Source: Lama guanicoe (Eukaryota). Taken from it: a stretch of DNA of 64,000 nt. Below the pieces are notes generated by a model. That model saw only the letters and a program-made list of their open reading frames with translations, made no database searches and had not been told where the DNA came from. Shown here piece by piece: positions 12,323 through 25,743 of this stretch (position 1 is its first letter; every line of letters begins with the position of its first letter). Made by a program: the position numbers and the translations under genes. The DNA lies in the NCBI GenBank assembly GCA_013239625.1, contig MU053216.1, forward strand, positions 1,950,943-2,014,942, in the 5' to 3' direction.

Positions 12323-15024
12323 GCGCCATATGGAGAGACCAGATGGAAGAGAAATGAGAACGGAGAAAGGCCTGCCGCCGCCTCGCTCTGCGCCGCTGAC
12401 TCCGAGCCCCGCCCGGCACGCTCACCTCTGGCTCCGGTTTGGATGGGTGGGGTCTGGGCGCCTCCTGGAAGTCGAGGTGAGAGGTGGCCGTGTGGGCCCC
12501 GTGAGACGTGCATAGAGCCTCCTCAGGGTGGGACTGCGGAGGAGACCTGTCATAGGGGGTGAGCGGTTTAGAACCAGCAGTGGTGCTCCCCGGGTGAGGG
12601 AGCTGTGACCTTGGCTGGTCGCTGGAGATGGCGTTTGACGGACAGGCTGCTTTTCCTTTGAGATGTGAGCTTTTGTGTGCACTCTACTCGGCATTCATGC
12701 AGTAGTAGATACTGTTTACTTAGCTTACATCTTTCCTTTAGATACACAGTGAATTTCAGAATACGATTTTTACTGAAACAACAGTTTCTCCCCGAATTTC
12801 CAGATGGAAATCCAGAAGGGGCATACATTTTTGCAGGCGTAGCTCACGCCTGTAACTGCTTTGGAAGATGTAGGGCTTCTCTCATAGATGCCTGCGTGTC
12901 AGACACACATTTGTTAAGGCTTCACATGTTATTCGGTCCATGAAATAGTGTCGTCCATCTGATCTTCCCACACATCTGTCTTCCTCTGAAAAACCATTCA
13001 GCTGTAGTTGGTGAATGCAGCCCACCTGTGCATGAGAGCCTAGAATTTAGGATCAGAAAGTTCACAACTTTGTCCCCTACTCAGGGGCCAAGTAATGCTT
13101 GACCTCTTTGAGCTTTGAAGTCTTCAAGTAAAAATGACAAAAATTATGGAATCCAGTAGTGTTTGTTGTGAGAAGTGAGATTGTATGTAGAAAGTGCTCA
13201 GTGTGGTGCCAGAGAGAAAGTGCATGTTTTGACGCCATGAGAAACCAGTAGGGACCCTGTGACTGGGGTCCTGGGAGAGACTCGTTTTCCATAGTGGGCT
13301 TTTGGAAGACACACGCAAGCTTCTGTGTGCGTTTGGCTTTGGATGCCAGCTCTCACTCACGGGTGCTGCTTGGCACCCCGCGGGAGACCTTGCGTGTGTG
13401 GCTCAATAGCGTTCCGTGGTGCTCGGCTTCGGTTCTCCTCCTTTTTGTGTGCGGTTGACAAAATATGAAACAGTGAAAAAGACTGAGCTTTGTACTTTGT
13501 TACAGGTCGTGTTTGTTATATGCTATGCTGACAGGATTGTTTACAAAATACTCCATGAACGTTGAGGGGTGACAGCGTTGCTGGGTTCCTAGTGACTCCC
13601 ACCAGAACCTTTAAAAATACTGTTTGTTGTTTGTCACTCTCTGACTCCCTTTCCTGTGGGACTTACTGGCACGCTGAGGAAACGTCACATTAATGAGTGA
13701 CCTCGGTCTTTTGAAGCTTATCTAGCAGGCTAATTTAATAGAAACAGACACTCAGTACTTTGTGAGAAACGAACATATTTTTGTGAAAGAAAGGCTGGTG
13801 TGACATTCACATGTGATACCAACAGCAGGTGCTTGGAACTCAGCCCCGAAGATGGTTAACGGGCGATTTCGGTCCCAGCTATGCTGGAAAAGCACCAAGC
13901 GAATCGCAGCCTCAGTTTTGAGCGATTCTTCTTCTCACTCGAGGCGCGGTCTGGCCGTCTCCTTCGGCGAAGGGGGGCATTCTGTTTTTATCACTTTCAC
14001 CCTCCACTCATCGGGCACCACCTTGGAGCAACGTGCAATGACTCACATTTACAGGGATACATGTTCATAATGAGAAAACACGATTTTGGAGAGGATTTGT
14101 AAATGATTGACAGATAACTAATGACACCTGGGCATCTTTGCCAAAAGCCAAAAGGTGTTCGGTAACATCGACTAAACCCACAGTGCGTGATGACGCTGGA
14201 GTTCGGTTAATGAGTTACAGTCGCTGTAAACTTCCTGCATACACTCTTCCAAGACGTTGAGACATATCCATTAGGAACTGATATTCTTGCAATATTGGAT
14301 TTCTGGTGAGCACCAGGCAGAGGCAGATACCAGAAAGGCCCTTTAGGTGGGTTTACATTTGGATTGATTAAGAACAAGCACCCTAAACTACTCGTCCCTC
14401 GAAGGGACTGATTGCACCAGATCTTTAAGGTGTTTGCAAAGGACTTGTAAATGCAGAAACCAGTTAGCGCCAAGCCGTTGCTTACTGGGGCATTTTTGCT
14501 GGTACCCTTCACTCACAAAGTTATTTGTCGCTGATTTCATTTAGGAGCTGGGCTAGTGTTGTTGAAAAAAAAAAAACCAGCTGCCTTAACAACGCCCAAG
14601 CCTCAAATTATAGAAGATGGTGGGGTGGCAGACTTGGAAAAGTAATGACCGTGTAAAGATTTCTTCCCCTTCTTTTCAATAACGGTGAGAAATACGGCAC
14701 CTGGCAGGGAAGATAAGTTACCTTTACACAGAGCTCTTATGGCCAGGTAAATATTAGTCACTTTTTATAGCACTAATAATTGAACAGAGCCCCAGGCAAT
14801 CTTTCAGCAATTGAAACGTTTGAAACTTTATTCTGTGGGCCTGTGCTGGGTTCCCCACGTTTCTTAGAACCTGAGACCTGAGTCTGATGACGGACGATTC
14901 CTATCAGAGTAAACGAAATAAACTCAGTGCCATTTTGTCTCCATGGAAGGCCATTTAAAACTTTTGGACAAATAACTAAATTATCTAAGCGGTTTTTATT
15001 GTGTATTTATTTAGTGATAGAGTC

Positions 15025-15185
15025 GATTTTTTTTTCTTTTTTGGTTTTTTGATTTTTTTCCTTTTTAAGTATAGTTGATTTACAACGTTCTATTAGTTTC
15101 TGGTGTACAGCATAGTGATTCAGTTACACACAGACATATATATATATACATATTCTTTTTCATTACAAGTTACTGCAAGCCATTG
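15025..15185 (-). mobile_element. Short L1 3' tail
   Basis: T-run followed by 'aagtatagttgatttacaa...gtgtacagcatagtgattcag'. Confidence 0.7.
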
Positions 15186-15276
15186 TCTAAACTGTTTTTA
15201 AAGGGGGATCCGTAGCGTATCCAAAGTGATTTCCCTAGAAATTATATAGTGATTAAAAACAAACTATGGAGACACA

Positions 15277-15410
15277 GAGGGGAGGGCATAACTCGGTCAT
15301 AGAGTTTGTGCATGAGGTCCTGGGTTCAGTCCCCAGGACCTCCACTGAAATGAATAAACCAACCAACAAACAAACCTAATTACGCCCCCCCCAAAAACAC
15401 AAAAAAAATA
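15277..15410 (+). mobile_element. tRNA-Ala-derived SINE (vic-1-like)
   Basis: ggggagggcata...gaggtcctgggttcagtcccc head, aaacctaattac body, A-rich tail. Confidence 0.75.
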
Positions 15411-16339
15411 GACACACAAAATAGATCTCAGACATTCTTAATGCATGAAACTGAACATTATATATTTACTAACTATCATCATCTGATAGACCACCTGAAT
15501 AAAGTAATCATTCTTCTAGACTGAAGCATTTCTCACGGCTAAATCTTACATGGCGCTAACATAACTCAACCTTGATTGTGTTTCAGTTATTCTAAGAGAC
15601 ACTGCTTTACTGGGGTTTTTCTTTTTTTGCCTTTTCAATCCTTTGTGATAAAAGAAAATGTTTAATCAAAAATGATAAAGTATAATTTAAAACTATCTAC
15701 TCCTTACACAATTTCTTAATACACAGCCATCTGTGACTAGTCAAAACCTCAGCCATCCATCTGCTGACGGTAGTAAAGGCATAAACGCACATTGTTTGGG
15801 GAAAGAAAAGATAAAAGAATAAAAGAAAGGGTTAATTGAAAAAAACCTGAAGATACTCAGAAAGGTCGTCTTCAGCTGCATGAAACTGAGGAAAACGCAA
15901 ATGGGCTGGAAGGAGGTAGCCTTACTTTTGACCTTTTATTTTTAATTCCACGAATCTAACAAGTTTACCCTCAAGCATTATTTATTTAGATGCCACTGTC
16001 TTTTAGATTTTTCAAATTCTTTTGCATTTCCCAGAAACCCACAAGCCATCCAATTTTTCTGTTCTTAATATGAAAGAAAAAGACAGTTGATATTACAGAT
16101 AAATAAAAAAATGGAGTTGTCGTGAAATTTTAATTATTGATTCTTTTCCATTAACTTCCATGACTACCCAAACTTAACTGTGCTGTGTTTAAATTTAGTG
16201 CCTTTTTGGCCTTTATTATGATTGTAAAGCTTTATTCCAATTAATTATATTAATGTTAGGATATATATGAGATTTGGGACAGTTGTTACTAGGTAGGTGG
16301 TTTTTGACTAGTTTTTCAACCTTTTTCACCTCTATATAT

Positions 16340-17700
16340 ATCTTCATGTGTTTTCCATTTATCAAGCAGGTATTGTATGTCAGGCCCTCTGTTAAGTGCT
16401 TTACATACACTCTGTCATTTAATCCTAAGACTAATTATTTTATTTACCTCTGCTTTGCATATGAAAATATTGGAAAATTTAAGTAATTTCTCAGCACTAC
16501 AGCAGTGGTATATGACAGAACTGGGTTCAAATCCTAGTCTGACTTCACTGCTCAAGGTCTGAAATTAAATCTTGAGAATGACAAGATTCTGCCTTGTAAA
16601 ATTATTTTCTGAATTAAATACTATATATGCCTGGCTCATGGCAGTCATTCAATAAACACCAGCTAACATGGTTAATTCTGATGGCTGGGGAGACACCCTG
16701 GGGAAACGCAGGCGACTTTAAAGGTAGATTCGCTGATGCGTCATGTCCTGAAACGGTGTAAGCATATATGAAATAGCAACAAATCGTAAGTGTGGCACCA
16801 ACTCCCCACGCCCCAGATGAACTCATCTTTAATTTCAAATACCTTTTTTGGATGAAGGACATCACCAAATTCCTAAATCAGAAATTTGGGTGTCGTCCTA
16901 AAAGTCTCTCTCTCACTTGCCCTGTCTACTCAGTTGCCGAGCTCAGTCCCTTCCGCTTCCTTAACACCCCTCCAGGGCGTCCCCTCCGCTCTAGTCCCCC
17001 CATTGCCTTGGCTTCTGACGTCCACGCTGGGCAGCTCTCCGGCTTTGAGCCAGAGGGGCTTCAGGTCCGGTCTGGGCACCGCACTGATTGACAGCCTGGC
17101 CCTTGGTGAGTTCTCTGTTTCCTTTAACATTGCTTTCTCAGCAGCACCAACCATGACTCTTGAGATGGTGGGAAGGCTGAATGACAACGCAGGTATGGCA
17201 GGTCCAGCCTGCTGATGGGCACACGGAGGACCCTCACCACTCTCCCCTTCGATCACTTCCTTTATCTCCCCATGGTTCTTTGCCCTTGCTCTGGCTTCTT
17301 CTAGAACTCTCCCCACTCTCTTGCTTAAAGATTTTGTAAAATTTAAGAATGATATTCTGCTGCTTAAAATTCTTCAGTGATTTGCCATCCTCTTTAGGAT
17401 AAAGTTCATACTGTTTGAGTTTAATGCACAAGACCTGTTAGGAGCTGACCTTCTTTTTTTTAAACTTCTCCGATCTGTCTTCTCCTCTATCTTCTCTTTC
17501 ATTCTACACTCCAGCTACAAAGAACTACTGGTCATTCCTCCAAAGGGCATAATGTTTCATGCCTCTGTCCATTCAGCCATCTCTTCATTTGTTCATGTCT
17601 CCATCCATCCATTTACTTTATCAGCTAAAACATGCTGGAGCCTCTAACTGGTGCTGACCTCATGAGGTTCAATTTGGTGAAAGACAGAAGTAATGGGAAT
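16340..17700. mobile_element. Cluster of ancient MIR and L2 fragments
   Basis: MIR-like 16340-16560 (aagtgctttacatac...ctgggttcaaatcctagtctgact). L2-like pieces such as 'tgcctggctcatggcagtcattcaataaa' and 'tgcttaaaattcttcagtgatttgccatc'. Confidence 0.5.
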
Positions 17701-18530
17701 TGTTTTTCAGAGCTGAAGATGCTGGGCGACACCTAGATGACCCTAATCCAACTGGGGGGGAATGAGAGGCAGCATCCTGGAGGAGGCAGTGCTGGAGTAT
17801 CCTTGAGGGCAAATCAGAGCGAGCCAAGTCACAAAGGTTCTCCCCAGAGATGCAGCGCACGCAACGCCGTGGGGCCAGGAGCGGCTGTGGAACGCGCAGG
17901 GTCCTCGCCCTGGCCCACGGGAGCTGCGCCCCGCCTGTGTTTAAGATATGTGCTTGGAGCAACTCTTTAACGGGATAAACAAAATGGATACATGCAAGCA
18001 GAGTGGCCAGCAGTTGAGGAATGGCTGCATAAATTACAGTGTCTCCACTTCGTTGGCTACAATGCAGCCATTAAAACAAGCTCAGCAGAGACTTCTGCAA
18101 GGCCAGGCGGGGTCATGTGTGTTTATTGTTGCCTGAGCAATGCAAGGTGACTGTGTCAGTGGGAGATCTGAGCAAAAGAGAAGAAAACAAAGTATAGGCG
18201 TATGATCACATTTGTGCCTTCAGGTGAAAATCTGCGTGCATGTAGATACATATACAGATAGAGAGATTCAAGCAACTTAGAAAATGCAGACCTGCATAAA
18301 GAGGAGACATGCGACTCCCCTGCAATCCTGACTTCTCGAGATCTTAAAGCTTTGAAGTATTTCTTCCAGTCTTTTCCTGTGCATTTGAGTACTTCAACAC
18401 AAGATTGGCACCATATTGTATACACTGTTTTATGTTCAGCCCCTTTAAAGGTTTACCATTATATGATAAATATTTTCCCATCCCACTGCATTTTTTTCTA
18501 AAACATTATTTTAGATTTCTGGCCACTGTT

Positions 18531-18618
18531 TTTATTTTTTTAATGGATGTACTGGGGATTGAACCCAGGACCTCATGCATGCTAAGCACGCGCTTTCCCA
18601 CTGAGCCTTCCCCTCCCC
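18531..18618 (-). mobile_element. tRNA-Ala-derived SINE
   Basis: ctggggattgaacccaggacctcatgcatgctaagcacgcgct...actgagc, preceded by a T-run. Confidence 0.85.
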
Positions 18619-19357
18619 TACTGTTCCTCTAAATGGCTCCTTCATAACTTATCCTTCTTCGGTTGTTGGACGTTTAGTGCTCATGAAGTAATTTTGCTGA
18701 TTTGAACAACCCGGCCTTGTCACTTCTTAGTTGTATGTCTTTCTGTGCCTCAGTCAAATGGCGCTAGTAATAGTACAGGGTAGTTGAAAAGAGTGAAATG
18801 ATTTGAAGTGTGTTTCCTTATCGTTGAGACTGCCGTGCAGCAGGTGCTCAGCGAGCGCTCACCCTCTGGGGCTCTGAAGCAGTGCAGGGAAGTTCTAGTT
18901 GGAGGATGCCAGTGCCCACCTCTGGTCTCTGCTGTGAACACTAAACAGTCTGTTCCAAGTGGTCAGTGTGACACCTGGCACATGACGGGCCCTCGGGGCA
19001 TTTCCCTGGGTCTCTGCACGTCTCCAGTCTCCGCCGAATGTTCTTCCTCTGCCGTTGAGCCCCCGTGTGCTCCCTTATGTACGGCCCGCCGTGTTATTAT
19101 CCACGTTCTGCATTATGTGCAACACTCACGTCTGTGTTGTGACAGCGCACTTTCCCTTTGACTTGCTTGCTTAGAGGGGAGTCTTTTACTTGTCTGTCCC
19201 TGGTCCCCAGCACAAGGCTCACACCTTGTGGGCCCTCAGTGAACATCTGGGGAAGGGATGGTATTGAGAAAGAAGATCTTAGACCAAGAAAGGAAAGAAA
19301 AAGACAAAAAAAAAAAAGAGGGAGATCATGGGAAATGGGATTAAATGTTAGGGAAAC

Positions 19358-19461
19358 TGGGATGACTACAGGTCAGTGGCAGAGCACATACTTAGCAGGG
19401 CACGAAGTCCTGGGTTCAATACTCAGTACCTCCACCAAAAAAAAAAAAAAAAAGAAAAAGA
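19358..19461 (+). mobile_element. tRNA-Ala-derived SINE with TSD
   Basis: SINE head plus poly(A); TSD aaatgttag(g/a)gaaa at 19343-19356 and 19462-19475. Confidence 0.85.
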
Positions 19462-22400
19462 AAATGTTAGAGAAATGGAGAAGGTGGAAAAAGGGGAGAG
19501 ATGGTGAGGACCCTGGTGGTGTGGACTGGGGCTGATCACCTGGGGAAGGAAGTAGGAAGGTGACTCTGTCCTTGGTTGGTAGGGTGCACGGTTGGCTATG
19601 CCATGTGGATTAACCGCTGACTTTTCCCTGCTATGTGGCCAGACTGGGCCCAGTTCCGATGTAGAGGGTCTCGTTTAATCATTTCAAGCATCCTGGTTTG
19701 GGTAAATGATTTTAATTCCTCCATGGGGGAAATATTCACCAGAACTCTTTTAAGAATGAGGACACTGGAGATTTGTGGGGTTCAATCACTTGCCCAGAGC
19801 CAATCAGCTTCAAAGACCTGGAGCCATGATGCGCAGGTCTGTCTGGTCCTAGAGCCTGGGCGCCCATCACTCTGCTTCCCCGATCCTTTATGGAGCTGGG
19901 ACCAGACCTGGCTTCAAATGAGGTCAAGTGTGTCCCGGCAGTGACCGCGGTAAACTCCACAGCCAGCCTGGTCCTCAATGTTCTGCTCTGCTAAGAGGTT
20001 GGCATACGGTCATTGACATTCTTACGGGGCTGCCCGGCGATCTGTGAGGAGACAGGCCTGTCGGAGGAAACCACAAGAAGAAGGTCAGAATGTCCCCTGG
20101 GAGATGGCAGAAGAGCCTGGTCACGTGGACCAGGTGGAAGGACACAGTGGTCGGGCCCTTTTCCTCCCTCGTCCTACAGCCTGGCCTCCCTGCAGAGTCG
20201 CCTCTGTCATCTCACCGCTTATGAGTCATCAGTGAAAAGACAGGAAAACAGGGGACGAGAGCCACAGGGCAGGAGGCCGTATTTTCCTGCGTTCGAGGCG
20301 GGTAGGGCAGCACCGTGCTGGTCCCATAGGCAGGGACATAGTAACAAGGTAAATTGCAAAACCAAAACCTATTTTATTTTTCAACAGAGATAGAAATCTG
20401 AAAACTTCTGACGGTTGAGAAGTGAAGGGTGACAACACCTGAGAAAACAAGTTTTTGAAAAACCCCCAAGCGTGTGAGCTTCAGGGAAGCCACAGCTGAG
20501 ATGCCGGAGATGAAGGATCATTTTAAAAAAGACTTAGAGCTTTTAGACGGAGGGCACCTGGCTTTCTAGTTGCTATTCTAGGGACACGTCTGGGGACAGC
20601 CCATTGCAACAGAACCACAAACAGCTACACGTTCTTGCTGTCCCTGGTTGTGCGTAAATTCTAAGTTGAACACACAGGTTTTAGGGGCTTCTCCCAGCTT
20701 GCAGGGCTCCCGTTCCTGATACGATTGGAGTTCAGATTCTTGCAGAGAGGCTCGGAACTGGAGAAGAATTTGAGGAATGTTTTCCCCTTTATTTAGTTCA
20801 TCAAAAATAAAGACACTTTTACCTTCTCCCAGATGCGGTCTCAGTCGGGGCCCCGTGGCTGGCTGGGGTTTTCTGCGGCTGATCACCGTGCCAGCGGTCT
20901 GCAGCGTCAGTTAAAGAGAGCCAGCGATTTGAACAGTTCACGCCGATTTTCTTTTCATGATAGCACCCAGGGTAAGCGCCATGCTTTGTAACGTGGGTGG
21001 ATGTGACTTCCAGTTTGACTAGCTGGTAAACTGGAGGCATTTGATAAAAATTTTAAAGTGATTTTGGTCTTTGCCATGGATAAAACCCGCAATTCTGTAT
21101 CCCGTACAGCTCAAAGTATTTTTTTATACCAAGTTTATTGAGGGGATGTTGAAAATCAGCTTGGATGTAAGTAAAAGGATAGATCATTCTCACCATGAAA
21201 ACAATAGATGAAAATATATCCTGACTTGTCAAATCGTCCCTGGTGCTTTTATAGAAATGATCTCATTGGAATATTCCTGCCCTGCCTTCTTTCAATCTCA
21301 CTGGCCAGAGCAAACATTTAAATCCTGGTTACTCTGTCCAGACGCTGTTCTAGGCGCTTCATGTGAATTAACTTATTTGTTCCACAGCCCTGTGAGGTAG
21401 GTGCTGTGATTGTCCCCACTTTAAAGGTCAAGAGCGGCCCCACGGCGCGTCTGTGCAACGGCACAAGGTGGGAGAGATGGTAAATGGGGAAAGTGGGACT
21501 CCGCTATGTCCGCTTTGCACTTGGCCTCTGCCCCCGGCTGCCTCTTTAGGGGGCTTGAACCTGCCACGGATGCCGCTTGGATAAGTTTTTGCCTCACCAC
21601 GTTGGGGGCAGGATGTCACTGACTTTGCCGACCTGGCCTTCGCTCGTGAGCACTAGGAGATGGTCGGAGCAGAGAAGGTGTCCTCGTGTCCCCTGTGCAG
21701 GACGTCTGTTTCCCGCCTGCAAATGCTGATGTTCTGTTTTCTGCAGAAAGTACCCATCCATTAATTATTTGATCAACGAAGGCGTGTGGGAGCCACCCAA
21801 GTCTAAAAGTGAAAGGCAGAAGGCAGAGACGTGCTCGCGTCTGTGGAATCAGTTAGGGTTTTGTTTTTTTTTTAAGATTGGGTTTCAAACCCATTTGACA
21901 ACAAATTAGGTATTTCTGGTTTTATCTTGTTTGACATCAGTAACAGCGTTATCGACTATTGGCCCAACTTAGGACCCACAATGCTCTGTGCCTTGTCTTA
22001 AGCCCCCGCTGGATGACTGTCATTGTTCTAGAAGGAGGCTGGACAATTTGATTTACTGCAAGGACTTCAGGACTACTGCCGTAGTCCCAAAGTCACCAAG
22101 AGGTACAAAAGGCCTATTGTGCTGACAACTGCTGAAGTTTTATGTGAATTGCTATTGTGTTAACACCCTCTAAATGTTTTATTAGATCGTTTCAAATGTG
22201 CTTCAAATGCAGCTTCTTAAAGAAATAGTTTTCAAAAACATTTTAGAAAGATGACCTAGACATCTAAAGACCTTTAACTGAGTTTACCATAAACTTGTGA
22301 ATTTGAAAACAAATTCTTTTGTTACACCCAGACATGGGGGAGTGGGATTTCAAGAGCTAAAATTTGAATTTTTCTTTGATGCTGTTTTTTTTTTTATTCA

Positions 22401-22649
22401 ACTTTAGTTACCTCATCTACAAAAACTGGTTAAAATGATAAATCTGCCTCAAGCCCCTGAAAGGGATGATGGAGGAAAATGATTCCAGAACCCTTTACGG
22501 AATATTTAAATATCTTTCTGCATGCAACATAAAAGTTGTACTTTATAACTTTAGGGAATTTTTGTTTGCAGCTCTTGTAATCTGTGATCTCCATGAAGTA
22601 TTTTATTCTTCCCGGCTTATCTTAAAATAGAACTCTGTAACTAGGAACA

Positions 22650-22651
<2 letters not shown>

Positions 22652-22688
<37 letters not shown>
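22652..22688. repeat. (TG)n microsatellite
   Basis: About 17 uninterrupted TG units. Confidence 0.95.
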
Positions 22689-22690
<2 letters not shown>

Positions 22691-22909
22691 AAAACACACA
22701 AAGTGCTATCCATCTTGGAATTTTAAAATCACTTTGAAAGCTAGCTAGTGTTTCATTTTTGTCATTGCTTTTCTACTTTAAATTACAGAATGTAAACCTC
22801 ACCCAATGTCACTCAGGATGGCTGTTAATTCAATGTGTGCGTACATATAAGCACACACACATATGTACATGTATGTACATATATGGCCTCATGCATGTAT
22901 ATACATACA

Positions 22910-23019
22910 TATCTATCTATCTCTGTCTATCTATCTGTGTCTGTCTGTCTATCTATCTCTGTCTATGTCTATCTGTCTGTCTATCTCTGTCTATTTCTAT
23001 CTGTCTGTCTATCTATCTA

Positions 23020-23051
<32 letters not shown>

Positions 23052-23070
23052 CCTACCTATCTATCTATCT
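22910..23070. repeat. Compound (TCTA/TCTG/CCTA)n tetranucleotide repeat
   Basis: Directly visible; preceded by (CA/TA)-rich low-complexity sequence from ~22840. Confidence 0.95.
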
Positions 23071-25494
23071 CCTTTCTCCTGAGGTGTGTTCCAGGAGCCT
23101 TGCAGGATGTCTTTATTTAGATTGCTGAGATTTTAATACTCCGTTCACTTCCACTCCCATTGTGCCAGCAGGAAAGCACAAACACCATTACCTCCGCTTA
23201 ATGAGATGGGAGAACTCGGGCACGAGTGCTCACGCCGGGCAAGTCAGAGCCGCAGATCAGCAGCAGGGCTGAGGTGGTGTGAGAGGGACTCAGGCGGGAG
23301 TGGCCGTGCTCAGCCACCTCTCGCTCCCTGGGTAAAGCTGCCCACAGGTGGGTGTACCCCACCCCCGGAAGCCCGGCCTGGATGCAGCTGCATTTTCACC
23401 CTGGCTTAATGTGAAGAACCTGGCTGTTCCCTTCCTCTGCCTCACACCTGAAAACCAGCAAATGTCGGTCTCCTAACATCTCTCAAAAGGCAGATGACTC
23501 CTGCTCCGTCTGTAATGTCAGAACGGTCACCTAACACAGGTTTCCTCTGTACCGATCATACACCGAAACAATCCAACATCTCTTAGTAAAAACATCCTTT
23601 CTGTGCCTCTGACTTGAGTCTTTTTCCAGGCACTGCTGAGTCCCAGGAAAGGCCTCTGCGATTTGTGAAAGACGACGCCTTTGCCCAGAGTCCGCACATC
23701 ACTGTTGTGAGGCTGGTGGGTGTTCTGTTCACTTATGCCAGCTTTCAGGTTCCCCCTTTTCCTTTTTCTACCTAAAAAAAAAAAAAATACACACACACCC
23801 CCCCACACACACACACACAAGAGAAGACCGCTGTGCCTGCCCTTTCCCTCAGGAGCCAGGTGAGTCCCTGGGCATCTGGGGCAGGTTGCAAGGTCCAGCA
23901 TCTCCCCGAGACGAGGCCGAGCTGGGGGTGCCCACCCCCAGAGAGAGCCCAGCACAGTGGCTCATGCAGCTGCCTGTGTTTCAGTTCTTACAGCGTCTTG
24001 ATTTTGACCTGATTAGTCAAAAGAGAGAAAGAGATAAAATATTCAGAGTTTTCAAGCTACTGGGGAATAAGCACTTTTGGTACAGAAAAAGAAGAAAGCC
24101 TAGCCTTTTAGATAAACAGCACAGTAGTGCACATACTTAGAATCTTAAGATCAAAGATGTTTTGTTACTTTAGAAACAAACCAAAAAATGTATTAAGCAT
24201 AATTAAATTTGCTCGTAAAGATCATTTCTGATTTGTTTAATTAATTAATTTATTTTACTGTGACTAGCTCATTTATTCCAAGAATGCTTTTTTAAAATTT
24301 AATTTTTTTCCCCGTGTTTACACTTCACACTAATGGAACAAAATACCTGCCAACTCAAATCTTCTGTTTTCTTTTAAAATGAAAAGTTTCAAAGAAAAAC
24401 CCAGGACAAAAAAACCCCCCAAATCCTGCATTTCTTCTGTCTCTGGACCACTGTCTCTCATATTTTTGACAAAACAGAGCGGCTCCCTGCACCCTGCTCT
24501 TCCAGATGTCCCTCCCCTGGGTTCTCGTGTCCTCGGCTTTCACACCGCTGATCAGCTTCTACCCTTGTTTTTTCAAGGTTTTTTTGGTTTTATTTTCAAA
24601 AGTTTTTTTTTTTTTTTTTTTTTAATTTGGTAGCCTTCAGGTATTGTAGTGCCAGAAGCAAGCCAAAGAGAGGTCGAATCCTAAAAAGAAAACTTTTCAG
24701 CGTGTGAGAGCCAGCGACCCAGCCTCTGCTCAGGCCCCGCTTCGAGCCGGGCACGCCGTGAGCTGCGGCGGCCAGTCCTGCGCCGGGAGGCCGGGGAAGG
24801 GGCTGTGAGCGCGGGGCCCTGCCTGGCCGTGCTCGCAGCTGACCACCTCCAAACAGCATCACGGTAAAATCCCTGCGTTTTAAAAAAGATCAAATTCTCT
24901 CCAATTTACTCATTCTTTTCATGTTTGAGGAAATTTCCAACATTGAGGTAGAGGCATGAGGTCATAGAAGTGGCTGTGAGCTGTATTTTCAAATTCAGAA
25001 GATTGATCACTCAGCTCCTATTACCAAAGTGTTGTTAACCATCCCTTAGCGTATTGGTGGGTGTTATGGAAAATGCAGTAGACGTTGAAGACACCATCCT
25101 TGCCCTCAAGGACCTCACAGCATGTGAGGAGAGCCTTTTTGCATTTTTCCCTGGTGGCAGGGAAAGGAGTTCAGTTTGGCATTTTGCTGAGCTAGTTAAT
25201 TCCTTTTTCCATTTGGTCAGGACCCAGTCTGTGCGAAAGGCAGAATTGAAGTGCTGTATCCAAGTGTATCATTTACTTACTCTGAGATCTCTGGTTTATG
25301 ATTCCCTTGGCTCTGAAAGTATAGCAGGATAATTCTTCATGTAGATAATCACGAATGCAGCCCTCTTTCATACCATGGGAACATTGGAACACATTTATAA
25401 AAGCTTATACAATCCCCACGTCCGATTTTTATTATTCAGTTGTTTGGGCTTTATAACTCTTAAATGTGATTGTATGAATTGACCCATGTAGTCT

Positions 25495-25743
25495 TTTTTT
25501 ATTTAATTTTTTTTTATTGAAGTGTAGTTGATTTACAATGTTAGCTTCAGGTGTACAGCAAAGTGATTCATATATATATATACACACATATGTATATATA
25601 CACACACACATTTTCAGATTCTTTTCTATTATAGTTTATTACAAGAAATTGTATACAGTTCCCTGTGCTGTACAGCAGGTCCTTGTTGTTTATCGATTTT
25701 ATATACAGGTGTGTATATGTTAATCCCAAACTCCTAATTTATC
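25495..25743 (-). mobile_element. L1 3' tail with TSD
   Basis: T-run plus L1 3' end; TSD ccat(g/a)tagtctttt at ~25484 and 25744. Confidence 0.8.

Noticed and set aside
22070..22087. Hairpin ggactac-tgcc-gtagtcc
   Set aside because: A 7-bp stem is expected several times by chance; no supporting context.
22759..23128. ORFs rich in LSIY/VCLS
   Set aside because: Translations of the TCTA/TCTG microsatellite.
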